Below are positions 11,301 to 26,300 of a DNA stretch of 64,000 nt, piece by piece. A program made the position numbers and the translations under genes. The stretch spans positions 34,120,917-34,184,916 of the forward strand of contig JARDVH010000084.1 in NCBI GenBank assembly GCA_030324005.1, read 5' to 3'. The notes under the pieces were generated by a model. It was given only the letters and a program-made list of their open reading frames with translations, made no database searches and had not been told where the DNA came from. Source of the stretch: Negaprion brevirostris. Its lineage: Eukaryota. Numbering within the stretch: the first letter of the stretch is position 1; each line of letters starts with the position of its first letter.

Positions 11301-14300
11301 CAGTAAAGGTAACATTAAAAAGCCTGTGCCATTCACCTGCACCTATTGATCAGTTACAAACTGGCAAAGTCCTAAGGTTCTGCCTTGATATTCAGCTATA
11401 AGACAGGAGAAAAATAACTCTGAAATAGGGCACAACACAATTTCCCATTTCACCTTTTTGAATGCAAGAATCGCATATTAATGTCACAATAAAAATAAGT
11501 TGCAGTTTGCTTTGGGTTGTGAATCTTTGGAGTTCTCTACCAGAGGATTGTAAATGTTTCATCGCATTTACGTCTGGGATGAACAGATTTTCAGTGTCTC
11601 AGGTAATTAAGGGATGTGAGGGGCCAAGGTCATATTGAATGGTGGAGCAGGCTTAAGTGTGCAGCCTAGTCTTGTTCCTGTTAATTATGTTTTTATAAAA
11701 ATTGAATTCTATACTAAATTACTGTAAAGAATACAACTTAGCATTTTACTGTATGCTGTCTTTCATGATTTAATGTAGTAATGCTATTCATCAAAAGGTG
11801 TGCATTTTTATTAAATAACTAACAATGAGATCACAGTTCTGTGGATGTTTGCCTAACATATTAAAATTAAACCAATAAAAAATATGGCTGTTTCTGTACC
11901 AGAACAACCATATACTCAATAGAATGCCACAATTAATGAAACTCAGCAAATGCCTTCAACCACTAATCCCACCAGTTTGCTCATTGAGTCTTATCTTGGA
12001 AAGAAAAGAAAGGGTCTTTTGCAGATATAGATGAAAAACTGGATTTAATAATTTTCATATATTTTAAAATTAGAACATCAATGAATGTTTGTTGCATTAT
12101 GTATTAATTTGATGAATGCCCAACCTCTTAAATATAAAACATTCAATAATTTGAAAAAGAAAGCTACAGCCTCAGTTCTGCAAATTTTAGATTCCATACT
12201 TGTAGCTTCTGTTTAAAAAATAGAGCTCACCATGTCTGTCATTTTTACCACTCAGTGCCTTCTTCATTAAGACTATTTCAAAAAGCCAGTCATGAAACTG
12301 AAAAATCATTAAACATTTAATTACTAATAGTCAAAGTATAAACTTAAATAAAGTTTTGTAAAATAATGAAATCAAATTTTGAATTGATATAGTGTTGAAT
12401 ATACATTCTCAATGCAACATTTACAGGAGGACACAATGACACAGTCGTTTATATTCATTTAACAATTCAATGTGCTTCAGATTCAGTGTGGGCAAAATAA
12501 AGGAAGTGCAATATCCAGATGGGGTATTTTGAGTAATTTCACATTTCATGAACAGCTGGAGACTAGCGGTAGCACTAGTACAAAAAGGAAATGCTGTGGA
12601 TTCTAGAAATCTGAATTAAAAACTAAAAAATGCTCCAAATACTGAGCAAATCAGGTCAGGCAGCATTTGTGGAGAAAGAGTCAACTTTTCAGGTTGAGAT
12701 TACTTGCAGACATATCCTATGTTTCTGGTGAAAGAGTTGGGGTATTGCTGTAACAAGGATGATGCAAGTGACAGTTACACTTGCTGATGGAACCTGCATC
12801 ACTTCTTTTATTTGTTCACAGGTAGTGGAGGTTGCTGACTAGTCCAACATTTATTGCTCATCCATAGTTTCCCTTTGAAAAGGTAGTGGTGATCCTTCTT
12901 GAACTGCTGTGGTCTGTGTGGTATGGGTACACCTACACTGCTGTTAGGAAGGGAGTTCCAGGATTTTGACCTAGCAAATGTGGAGGAATGGCAATATCAT
13001 TCCAAGTCTGGATGCTTTGTAGTTTGGTGTAGAAGTTGTAGTGGTGGTGTTCCCATGCATCTGCTGCCCTTATTCTTCATTGACTTCAGAATAGCAACCA
13101 GGGGAATGGTTATGTGTCTTTGTGAACTTGGATTTGAGGCATGACTGAAGCATGTTCACATTCTCTCCAGTTTTCATCTGATGGGATAGCGTGGAGTCTG
13201 TGAAGCATTCATATTAAAATTAAATGGAACATTGATGAATCATGAAAAGTATCTACACATCTTTTTGTTTTAATATTCTTTCTAACTGAAAACATGCCCT
13301 TTTTATAGCGGTGCGATATTGGTGATGCTTCAAGAGGAAGTCTGTCCTCATATGCCTATGTCCTCATGGTGCTCTACTTTCTACAACAAAGAGAGCCACC
13401 CGTTATTCCTGTTCTTCAAGAAGTGAGTATTAATGTTCCTAATATAATAAAGTATAGGTACATTTTTATAGTTCCTATCTTGAAAATATGTGTATGAAGT
13501 GCTGTCCTGTCAGTGTAGATGAAGTAGTCATTTGATAGTATAGAACTTGAGTATTGCTGAAAGAAGACCTTTTTTTTGTTCATGGGATGTGGGCATCATT
13601 GACTGGGCCAGCATTTATTGCCCATCCCTCAGGGCATTCAAAAGTTAACCACATTGCTGTCGAGGTAAGTACAACAGATTTCCAGATTTCCTAAAGAACA
13701 TTCGTGAGCAATAATCAATGGTGGTTTCATGGTTTTTCATTAGACTTTTAATTCCAGATTCTTTTATTACATTCAAATTTCACTGTGGTGGGATTTGAAC
13801 CCGGATCCCCGGTGTGTTACCCTTGATCTCTGGATTACTAGTCCAGTGACTATGCCACTCCCTCCACTTTAACTGCTTGCAGTTAACTGTCAGTCACCAT
13901 TAACTAATGTATTCTCCATGATTCTACCAGATTACACTTACCAAGCAGTAAGCACTGCCTTCTCATACAATATAAAATTGTTGTTTTCCCTGACATTGGT
14001 ATTCTTGCAATTACCCTGATGAGTGCAAGATGTAAAGGTTTGACGAAATGTATTTTTGTAGCAATGCTTAGATCTGCTGAATGAATATATATGTGCTGAA
14101 CTGTGGTAGTTAAAGGGAAAATATAGAGATTACGTTTCTTCCCAAAGTGCTATCTTTTTTAATTAAAGGAAATCGTATTAATCTCCCTCCCTGTTAGACC
14201 ATTTCAGTGGCCTTAATTATATGGGGTTGTTAATATGTCACACGGTTTTCTGGGGCCTCCAGCAGCTTTGGTTGTTCTGACTAATCAGAAATTCCACTCG

Positions 14301-17300
14301 TCTTAATTGGAATAAACAAATGGAAAGGAAGACTCCATTGCAGGGATAAAATTGAATTTTTTTTAATTAAAAAGTCATAATATTTGGCAATTATATAATT
14401 TTCTTCTAATAAAAGGCCTATACTTTAAACAAAATATTATTCTTTTCCTTTGTTCCTGAATTGATACTTATTAATTGGCTGACATACTCTTTCCCTATGT
14501 TTCAACACCAAAGACAATAATTACTTGTACACTTTACTTGGTGCAGTTACTACAGCAGAATGTTTTTGGCTGAACAGTTCTGTTATCTGAAACCAGAAAA
14601 ATATTTGTAAAAGATTATGTTTTTCATAAGATATTGTTTTTCTCTGAATATTAATGTCCGATATACAGTTCTATCTAACCTTTTCTGCTCTTCTGGCTAA
14701 CTTGACTGAAAACTTTGAGGCTGCATGGGTGCACACCAACTTGATCTTTGAAATTAATTTGAACTTTGAGACAATGAGCAAATCTAAGTACTGAATAAAA
14801 AGCTACTGTTTTAATCCTGGAACAGAGAGAGTATATTTCGTAACTAGTATAAATATTCAAACTATTTTGTCAGTCCTCCAATTTCCATGTCCATACTTTT
14901 ATTATAGCTTGAGATTTGCTTATTTTAAGATTTAGAAACTTTTTTGTGTGCTGCGACAAAAGTGACTGAACACTTATTTGTAGAAGGCGATGTTTTAGAA
15001 GGCAGCAAGGGCAAGTAATGCTGCTGTTGTTACCTATGAAGAAAGGCAAAGCAGTGGCCAAATTCAAGAATGGGTATTATTATGTTTTATGAGCTTCAGT
15101 GCTGGTATTCTTAAAAAAAAAAGTACAATACACAACATGGATTGGGGAGATACTATGAAATTTCAAATCCAAAGCACTTGTGATTGTATATGTGCATTTT
15201 TGTAAAGCGAGCATAAACTCCAAAACCAATTCTTTGTAGATTTTTGATGGAAAAGAAGTGCCGCAGAGAATGGTAGATGGATGGAATGCTTTCTTCTTTG
15301 ATGATGTTGAAGAGCTGGTAATATATTGTTTTTGGTTTATTACCTTCAAGATAAAACATGGATGTAATGTAGTTAAATTACTGGGATTTAAGTTATGGGA
15401 AATCTTATTGAAACTGTTTAGAACCATGGAGGTTTACAAGCACATAAGATGATCATTTTTCTCATCGTTTCTGTGCCAGACATTTGGAAAACAAAGCCAT
15501 CGCCTTAGACCTCTCCTTATACTCTTTCAGCATTTTTCTTTTTAAATATTTTATTCAAATTAATTCTGCTTCCAACACTTTTTAATAGACCATATATCCC
15601 ATCCTGCATATAAAAAAATGTTATCTTCCTTTGTTCTTTATGTTGCAAGTTTAATGCCCACTGGGCATTAAACTGCCTCACTGAACAGTTGATAAATTTC
15701 CTCACCGGTACCATCTGTTTTTCTTAAAAGAACTCTTAAATTTGTTGGACATGATTTTCCTTTTAGTAATCTGTGAATTCAGGCTGTTTTTAAATGACCA
15801 GTTTTTTTCCAAACTATTATTTTCATCCTGTAATAATGTCTCGAAGGTTTTACCCACTAGCAATGTTGGGCTGACCACTCTATATTACCTTGTTTATTCC
15901 TATCTCCCTTCTTAAACACAGGTGTTACAAATCCTCCAGTCCTCTGGCACTGCTTCCCTGTGCAAGGATGTTTGAAAGATTGTGGTCAGAGCTTTGGTTT
16001 CCTCATTTACTTTGTTTAGTATTCTAGGATGCATGCTACCAGGGCCCAGAGCTTTTCCACTTTCAAATTCCACCTAAGTGTTTCAATGCTAACTAACCTC
16101 TTCAGTGCTTAATATCCTAGAACTAGAATCAGAATTGCTCCCTTCTTTGTCAAAAATGTATTTGTATTGGTCAATGTGATAATTCTACCGTTGGGGAAAT
16201 TGTGCTGAATTACTTTGTTTAACTGCCTGATTTTACAGATCAATGTTGTAGACATTTTTCATATATTGTACTGAACTCCTTTTCTAAAATATGTCTTCTC
16301 TTGTGCTTTAGAAGAAAAAGATGCCTGAACTTGGGACAAACAAAGAATCAGTGGGTGAACTCTGGTTAGGCCTGTTGCGATTTTATACTGAAGAATTTGA
16401 TTTCAAAGAGTATGTTATCAGCATCAGACAGAAAAAGCTTTTAACAACATTTGAAAAGCAATGGACTTCAAAGTGCATTGCTATAGAAGGTATTATTAAA
16501 TTATCAAGTATATGCTTCAGTTGATAGAATAACACTAATTCCAAGAATATTGCATTGTTTTAGGGACTAGAATCAATACAAAGCTCAGAAAGATGCTGCA
16601 CTCCTGTCCTTATACAGATCCACTGTAATCATTATGTGTACTGACGGTACACACAGCTAGATTTTTGCTTTGTCCTTTTGAACCCTTACAACAACTCACT
16701 ATGAATATCTTTATTATTTTAAACAAGGCTGGAGTGTCATCTTCAGTCATCTTTCATTACCTTTCCCTCCATCCCTCAATTGATGACTGTTGTTCTATCC
16801 CTAGTCCTTTTGCCTGAAGGCTCATGGTGATCATTTATGCTGTAACTGATCTCTTTGAATTTAATTTTACCAGGAATTTGGGAGCCTGAAGTCAGACTGA
16901 AAAGCCTGGGTCAGGCCCAGCTGTGAGCAGCTCAACAATTTGACTGAAGCTAGCCTCCTAATTGGCCACCTACAGGCCCACAGTCCAATTAAAGATGCTA
17001 GGTGCACTCCTGATGTGGTTGGCCTGAAGTCTCAGCAATGCCATCAGGAGAGTGGGCACTACTGAGGCTGGTCAGAGACCTTGAGGCACCGCATAATGGA
17101 GGTGCCCATAGACAACAAGCACAAATTGAAGTTTATATGCCAAGGGTGGCACAGTGGTTAGCACTGCAGTATCACAGTGCCAGGGACCCAGGTTCAGCTC
17201 CGGCTTCTGGTCACTGTATGTGTGGAGTTTGCACATTCTCCCCCCGTGCCTGCGTGNNNNNNNNNNNNNNNNNNTTCTCCCACTCTCCAAAGATGTGCGA

Positions 17301-20300
17301 GTTACATTGATTCGCCATTTTAAATTGTCCTTATTGGCAGTGAAATTAGCCAGGATAAATTCCGGGGGTTATGGTGATAGGGTCTGGGTGGGATTGTGGT
17401 CGGTGCAGACTCGATAGGCCTAATGGCTTCCTAATATCACTCTATGATATTAAGTCAGTGGGCCTCATGGAATGAATGGAAAACAACTTCAGAGAAGTCA
17501 CTGGAGCAGGAGCTGCCTAGCCGGCCTCCTCCTGCCTCTCCATGTGTGTAAACCCCCATTACCCAGGACCCTGGTCAATTCCAAGACTCCTCACTCAGCA
17601 GATTCACCTCAGCTTCAGCAAAATGCCAGTAGCTCCATAAAATAGCCCAAAATCAGGCCTTTCCCAACTATGAAAATTAGCTGCCTGTCTCCATGGAACA
17701 GAAGTCTCTCTGGTGACAGGACTATAATAGGAAGTTACCCTGATGAGGCCCTTGCTAATTTCTTGCTGATCTCTAAACTTCTCACCCACCTCCATTCTTG
17801 TCACCTGGGTGACCACTAAAATTTAGCTTTTTATTTTCAAATCCCTCCATGGACTTGCCCTTCTCCTCCCCCTCCCTCTAACCACCTTGAACTCCCCCTA
17901 ACCCTCCAGTTCTGAACTCTTGCACATCCCAATTTAATCACTCCACTGTTAACTCTAACACTGGAATTCCCTCCCTAAATCTCTTCACTTCTGGTCCCTC
18001 CTTTAAGATGCTCCAGAAAAAAACTCCCTCTTTGATGCTTTGTGGTCATCCCTGTCCTATTATCTCCTTATGTCAAATTTTGTTTGAAAAAATTTTCCAG
18101 AAGTCCCTTAGAATGTTTTACTATGTTAAAAGATGTTATGTAAAGGTAAGTTGTTTCTTGCAGCCAAATGAAACTGAAAAATCTTTTTTAAAAAAATGAC
18201 ATGGACGTTTGGATTTTGCAATAGCTTTTTGAGTGTTTTTTTTACTTTGCTTTTTGGATAGGGGTGAGAAAAGCTGAGATCAATTTGACTTAACACTTGG
18301 CCAATGTACAGTATGCATTCAGATCACTTCCTTCTCCTTTCAACCAAAGCTGCCTTTCCTCATTATCAGACCTCACAAGCCATATTTTGCCCAAAAGGGT
18401 GGAATATTGCCTGTTAATTGGTTGCTACTATTACNNNNNNNNNNTACTGCTCATTAGCTGCAAGAGCATGAAAGTTTCCTGAAGTCATACCTCCCAGCTT
18501 TCTCGTTCCTTATAGATGAGTTGGCCTCTGTTCACTGTTTCTGCTCTCCATCTGACCAATTTTGGATACTGTCGGGAACAAAGCATGTGCTGTCATTGTC
18601 ATCTCTTAGCTAATCATTTTGATGAGCATATGTAATGCCGCTACTTGTGTTTTGTCGCATATTTGTTTCCCAAAGTGTAAACTTCCCATTTTTGCCTTTG
18701 CATTATCGTTAATAAGCAGACAGTATTTTCTGCTGGACTTTCTTGCCATTATTGTTGTTTGTAACAAAAATAACCAATTTTTTTTATGTTGCTTTGTCCA
18801 CTGATCATGAATTAAATTTCATATTCGTCCATCACCATCTGGAAGAAATATAAAAAGGTGAAATAAATAAAAGTGTTGCAAAAGTATTAGGATATTCTGA
18901 GATCTTGAAATTCAAGTCTAATTCAAGAATAAATGAATGAAGGGAGCTAATACCATTTTATACAAGATGTAGTGACGCCAGAACTTATTTTCCAGATCCT
19001 TTTGATTTGAATCACAATCTTGGTGCTGGAGTTTCAAGGAAAAGTAAGTCCTCGTACCTTTAGGCTTTTCCCAAGTTTTTTTTGCATCAAAAGGCATGAA
19101 CATGACTCTGATACCAATGTTTGCTGTCTTTGCAGTGACCAACTTTATTATGAAAGCTTTTATTAATGGACGCAAATTGTTTGGTACACCTGTATATCCA
19201 CATCCTGGCATGGAAACAGTATGTAAATACAATTATTTTACTGTATCTTTGTTGTTGATTAAATGACACTTGCATTGTCAATCCTAACAACTTCTATTAA
19301 ATAAAACCCCAGTAATATCACCTCTTGGTGCTACAATAACATATTTTATTATATGACAAATTAATATCAAGTTAATAGTAATATTTCCAACCATATTTGT
19401 CTGATGATTTCACTATAGAAGATAGAAAATAGGTCTTTGAAATTATGAAAAGGTTTGACAGGATAGACATAGGGAAAAGATTTACACTGTAAGAGAGTTC
19501 AAAAATCAGGGCCATAAATATAAGATAGTCACTTATCAATCCAATGAAGAACTCAGGAGAGACTTCTTCGGTTAGCATAAAATCTGCGCCACCACAGGAA
19601 TAGTTGAGGCAAATAGCATTGTTGCCTTTAACGAAAACTGGTTAAGAACATGAGGGAGAAAGGAATAGAAGGCTAGGCAGCCAGGGTTCACTGAGGAAGG
19701 ATGGGAAGAGGCTCAAGTGCAGCATAAAAATTGAAATAGATTAGTCCGGCTGAATGGCCTGTTCCTGTGTGGTAAATTTGATGTCATTAATTATTATTAA
19801 TAACATCAAATACAGCTGTTGTAAATGCCATCTTTATTTCAAACTATATTTTACGTGGTGTCTGTATAGGTTTATCCATTGACAGAAAGCTGAATTGATG
19901 ATGCCATGGGGCCATTTTTGTTTTTGTCCATTCATGGGACACGGGCATCACTGGCTGGGCCAGCATTTGATGCTTATCCATAATTGCCCTTGAAGGGCAG
20001 TTAAGAATCAACCATATTGCTGTGGATCTGGATCAGGTAAGGACTGTGATTTCCTTCCCTAACAGACATTAATAAACCAGATGGATTCTTAACAACAATT
20101 GACATGGTTTCATGGTCATCACTTTTAATTCCAGATTTTTTATTGAATTCAAATTTCATCATCTGTCATGGTGGAATTCAAACCCAGGTCACCAGATCTT
20201 GCTCTGGGTCTCCGGATTACTAGTTCAGTGACAATATCACTATGCCACGGCCCCCCTAACAGTTATATTATCATATTCATGAAATACTAAATTCCTACAA

Positions 20301-23300
20301 GTAAAGGTCAACCCATTTGTAGATACTGTCTTTTGTTATCCATTTCAATCTATTTTATTCATGACTGAAGATATAGGCCCCGAGTTAGCAATTTCAGCAA
20401 GAATCCTGAGACCTATATAATTGATGGGAAGAAGGGTATATTAGGAACTGGAATTTATGGAGATAATCATTGTCATCTAGCCTCCATTGCTGGAGTTCAC
20501 AATGTTTTGCCAGAGAGGATGGATGGATGGATACTGATACTGGATACAACAGAATCAAAGTTTAAAAGATCCTGAGAAAGGTGAAAAGGAAAACCTACAG
20601 GAAAGAAACAATGTTGAGCAACAACAGAATTATGGCTATATGGCACCGTCACTGTAGAAAAGCATGCTGATGAGAAATGGATTTTAAACCATAAGGGATA
20701 AGGAATTTATGCTCAAGGATGAGAATTTTAATGAACTCTGGAGGCAAGAAAAGCATGAATGAGGAATTCAGCAGGTGGGAAGAGTTACAGATATGGAAAT
20801 AGGCAATCTCTGTGCTTGAAAACTCAGCTCAGGGTTGAACAGGATATTACATTTTTGAACAGTAGCACGGTCAGGAATAAAATTATTAAGGAGTCCAAAG
20901 AAGAAGAATGTTTTCTGTGGAAATTGCTGCACCTTCAAAATTGATTGGCAGACAAGTCGTCTCTGAGAAACATTAGAGTGCAGAGCAATAATGGGGAAGT
21001 GGAGCTAGGTGTTAATAGCATACATGGAATCTGACCTCCATATCTGGATATCACCAAAGGGTGACATGCTAATAAGGAGAGGACAAGAGTAGATCCTTGG
21101 AGTATTCCAAAATGAATTTCGATGCTGTAATTACAACTAGAGATAGGTGAGTGTGGAATCAACTCTATAAATCTGAACATCAGAGGAGAGGAAGTTTAGG
21201 AGGGTGATGTCATTGATCGTTTTAAAACCTATCAATTGATTGAGGAAAATAATGCACTACAGACTCTCAAACATTATTCATTACTGGTTAGGAACGTTTC
21301 AGTTGAGAGAGGATATGAGTGGTGAGAAATAGATGGAGGTTGTTTGGAGATAGTGTCCTATTGGTGATCGATACATTGAGGATGTATAGATGTTATGGGT
21401 GATGATGAGATAATAGGAATGGCCTGGATGAATAGGGGAGCTTGTTTGGAGGGAGTTGTTTGGGGAGGACAGAAGGGCAGATCGTTTGGAGAGAGATCAA
21501 AGGAATTGGGATGGAGATTAAAGTCTCGGTGAGGGAGAAGATAAAGGATATCATGGGATAGGATTGAGATGGGTTAATTACAGCAGATATGAGAGCTTAT
21601 ATTCTCCAAGGAAGAGGAATAGATGCCAAAAGAGTAGGAGATATGCCAAAATACAATTTGATAAACAGAGAATCTAAAAAAGAGTAGAAAAACAGTAAAA
21701 ATCAAAATGAAGTAAATAAATGAAATAAAGCAAATGAAAATTAGATACGAAGACAAAAAATGAGTTGAAGGAAATAAAACTTTGACTTTTTTTTTAAACT
21801 TAAGATATATCTTGTTTCAAAATTTCTAGATTTTCGTCTTAGTTATTTAGTGACCAAATTTAGTTTTCCCAGATGTTAAATTTCTATTCATGGTCATGTG
21901 ATCAACAAAATTGAAATTGTGGAAATAACTTTTTTTAGGATTACTTTTTTGATTCAAAAATCCTAACTGATGGGGAGTTGGCACCAAATGATAGATGTTG
22001 TCGTATCTGTGGAAAAATTGGACATTACATGAAAGACTGCCCAAAAAGGAGGAGGTAAGTATCAGTTTGCATTTATATACTTCCTTTCCCATCCTTGGAC
22101 GATCTCATCTCATTTCACAGCCTATTGATTGATTAGTTTTGAAGTGTATAGCAACAAGATCACACAAACAAAAAATGAGATCAATGAAGATAGCAAGCAG
22201 AAAGATGCTCAGAGAAGACCTAAGAACAAGGTTGGCCCAGACACTGCTGCACTCCTGGTAGTACCATAGGATTCCTAATGCCAGACAAAATTTAACATTT
22301 CATCAAAACATAGCTACTCTGATATGTCATGTTCCCTTAGAGCAGCAGTGAAGGGTCAGACTGGATTATGTGCTCTAACCCTGGAATTTGAACCCATGTT
22401 TTTTGACTTGGGTGAGATTTCTACCACTGAGACAAATTGACACTTTGAATTATGGAAAAAGTTTTCAACATGATTATTTGATCTAAGAAATGCCCTTTTC
22501 AATACACTTAGGATTCCCAATTTTGCCAACTTGAAAAACAGACTGTAGTCAGGGCTGCACATGACCAGCAGCATGCTTAGAGCTTTCTGTCAAAAATGTT
22601 ATTATGTTTCTTTTCTCGCTCTCCATTTTCTTCCCGCTCTTCCTTCCTCCACTCATCTTCCCTGATGATGATAAGAACGTAATTCTGATTTTCAGTCATT
22701 AAATAGTTTGCATCAGTTAGTTTTGATATTTTATTATGAACACTGCAGTACTCGATGAGAAAATGCCAGAAACCTTTTGCCCCTTTTTGGTGCTCTTTTG
22801 ATATTTAAAGTTTTCAAAACCTGTTCATAACCTCATTTAATACTGGGATAAGTGATAACCCTAAATTTATCCTTGCTATCGTTTTTAACTTAAAGGATTG
22901 CAATATTGACTAGATATATTTTATTTTAAGAATGAAGAAGAAAGAAAATGAGAAAGATGAAGAGAAGGATTCAAAGGAGGAAGAAAAAGAACTAAGAGAA
23001 AAACGATGCTTTATCTGTGGTGACACTGGTCATATGAGAAGAGACTGTCCAGAATACAGAACAACCCGACCAAGGAACAGCGCTGTGTCTGGTAATTAAA
23101 CTAATTGTTTGGAGGAAAGAGAGGTATCTGTATTTTACGTTGTGCCATTTTTGTACATGCTAAGAAACATCCACTTCTATTCCCACAAAATCTTCAAGAA
23201 AATGTATTTTGTGATACAGTTATTCAGTGATGCTGTGCATTGATGCAAAGAAGAATTAAGTAAGTTTGTCCTATAATTCTCCTGTTTGAATGTCCAATCT

Positions 23301-26300
23301 TGTATTACCAAGGAAGATGAAATAATTGTTCTTTTCCAAGAGGGGTAGAAAGTTGAATAATGAGTCATTCCAGAATGCTTTCTCACTTCTATGAAATTCT
23401 TTAAAAACCATAAATATATATGTATATATAGTGCCATAAAGTAGTAGAACCTCAAGTTGCTTCAGAGAAGATAGGCATCAAATTTTAGGGGATGTGGACC
23501 AAAGCATGACTGAAATAATAGCCTATTAAATGTGAGGCTGAGGAGTTTAGGAAATTCTGGAATTGTATTGCACAAGAATTGCTGGTCTGTTTTATCTGTC
23601 CTTATCCCAAGGATGTTACCAAGATGATTTTTTTGGCATCACCAAAATAGCTAGCATCACCCCCTCTTTAAAAAGCTTATTCTGGATTCCTCTGTGTTCT
23701 CCGACTATGGGACATCTCTAACAACTCATGTTACAATCCCCATAGAGACTGATAACTTTTAAAAGAAATTTAAACATCCAGTTAATAGCGGAAAGAATGG
23801 AACATCAAGATGATATAGCAAGATATCATATTTCAAAACCTTTACTACAACAAAGCATAGAAGCATAGAACATTACAGCGCAGAACAGGCCCTTCGGCCC
23901 ACGATGTTGCGCCGACCAATTAAAAAAGCAATGACCCGCTAACCTAAACCAATCCCTTTCCATCCATAAACCTATCCACGGACCTCTTAAACGCCCCCAA
24001 ACTAGGCGCATCAACNNNNNNNNNNNNNNNNNNNNNNNNNNNNNNNNNNNNNNNNNNNNNNNNNNNNNNNNNNNNNNNNNNNNNNNNNNNNNNNNNNNNN
24101 NNNNNNNNNNNNNNNTCTCCAGTTGATTCCTCCTCAACTGTAGCCTCCAGGACAGAAAACTTATTTTGGACAAATGACTAAAGCAACTTTGAGTAAACAC
24201 TATTTTTGTAGGCAACTTGTACTTCAAACTGCAGAAGAGAATACCACCCCTACCTTTCTTATTTTTAGCCCAACTGAAACAACATACTTCACAGATATAC
24301 TTTACACTGTTCTTTACATAGACATTCAATTTTCACAGAATCAATCCTGAGCATTAATTCCTATTCTCTTCTTTTCACAGCCTAGTAAATTGTGATTCTA
24401 GAACTGTCTTGCACCATGAGATTTTCTTTCTAAGGAAACTCTTCCTTAGCCCAAACTAGATGACTCTTCCAATCTTGTTTTAACTCCACATAATTTTAGT
24501 TGTTTCAATCTGAGCAGAGACTTCCACCTGCATTCCTACACGGCAAGCCATAAAGACCTCCACAGCTCCCTTTCTCCCAGATCCAGATTCTCTCTGTTTT
24601 ACCTTAAACTAAAGACAGAGTTCCAAGTGATAAAAATCTTGTAAACCTCATGATTGTAACACGCTCCATACCCAGCAGTTGCCAAATATGTTATCGTCAT
24701 CCAACTTGGTGCAGCTTCCTGTTTGAATCTCTTCAGTCCTGCTTTTAATAGACTGCCTTGGTCACTGTTAACAATTAATAAGCAAACCTTGTTTCTCCTT
24801 GATCCTTCACTGTAGTCTTTGACATCATTAGCCGCTCTACTTTCCAGCTAAGTAATTCCATTCATACTGTTATAATACAAGAATTGAACTTCCTGGCTTA
24901 TATTTAACTTNNNNNNNNNNATAAATAGATTATAATTATATTATAAATAAATTATAATTATATTATAAATAAATTATAAATATATTATAATTTATTATAA
25001 ATAAATCGGTTGGACTTAAACCTGATGTTATCAGACTTTTCACTGTGTTTACCCGAGTCCAACGCCGGCATATCCACGTCATTATATTTAACTTGGCAGT
25101 GATGCATTTTCCCACTAAATCTTTAGGGGATAAACAGATTACAGTTTAATTAATCCTTTGTCAACAATACTAGAAATTAATTTCCATATTTAAGGGGGAT
25201 GGTAACTGTGCATGGAGAAGTTCGGGATAATTGGGTACATACACTACATATATTAAAATATCCTGGAGCAGGTTGATATACTATTTTAGAGCTTGAGATC
25301 TTTGTGCAATGGAGTGATGGAGCATTAATTGAATTGCTGTTTTCTGCATGGCAAGTCCCCAATCTCAATGTGATAGCATATGAACTTGGCAACAAGCCAG
25401 GCATATCCCAGCTGTGAAAAAGAGAAATCTGAAGACCCAGTTGTCCTGAACAGTGTTAATATCACTCTTTATCGTTGATGTATTAATGCATGGTTCAACA
25501 CATTCTTTTTTCTTAGGGAAGGTTGTGTAGTTCAGACAGGATGGTGTAGGAAGGCAAGACTTAAATAGAAAATGATGGAGCAATTAGAAAAGGAAAGAAG
25601 CATCAAGTAATTAAAGCCTCAAGAATTCAGTAGTAACAATATCATTTATTGTTGAATAATAATTTCTAACTGTCATGTTTCGTATCCGACAAAGGTTTTA
25701 TTTTTTGTCCTAAAGTTCCTCAGGCTACTCGAAATATCACAAATATACAGACTGTTGCAACTTCCCAGCCATCAGGATCACATTCAGGGCATCAACAGGA
25801 TTTCCCACAACGTTCCAGACAACCCTCCGAATGTGTGAGTTATTTGTTTCTGGTTCTTTGATAAAGTACTGCAGTTGCACAGGGCTTTCTCCAGCATAGA
25901 AGACTCTACATAAATATTGCCATTTGCAACTTTTCTCTGAAAAACATTTTTCAGTTCTTGACACCCTGGACAAAGCCCTGGTTGTAACTGAGCTGAGATT
26001 ATCAATGTTATATGGTAATTAATATAACATATATAGAAATCTCTGTACTTACAGCTAAACAGTTGTAGTAACATATTTGTATTTGAAAATGGTATATCAG
26101 GTAACTCTTTTTAACACTATTATCACTTTCCCCACCCTTCCCACACACAATATTTTGTAAGTTATTTCCTCCCCTCTTAAAGCATGGTTTAGTGAAAGAA
26201 TGCTAGAAATTGGAAATCCAGTAACTTGCAGCAATAGTCTGTCTCATTGCTTTTTTGTTTCTAATTTTCAGTCAGAACCACATCAGACGCCTCCTTATTC

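Noticed and set aside
14984-15073. 90-nt purine-rich AG..GT segment with an in-frame stop (poison-exon candidate)
   Set aside because: Weak pyrimidine tract and donor and no recognisable homology; it would need RNA-seq junction or conservation support.
25721-25723. CAG as acceptor of the TUT4 exon at 25716
   Set aside because: It is 8 nt downstream of the AAG acceptor and breaks the conserved frame.
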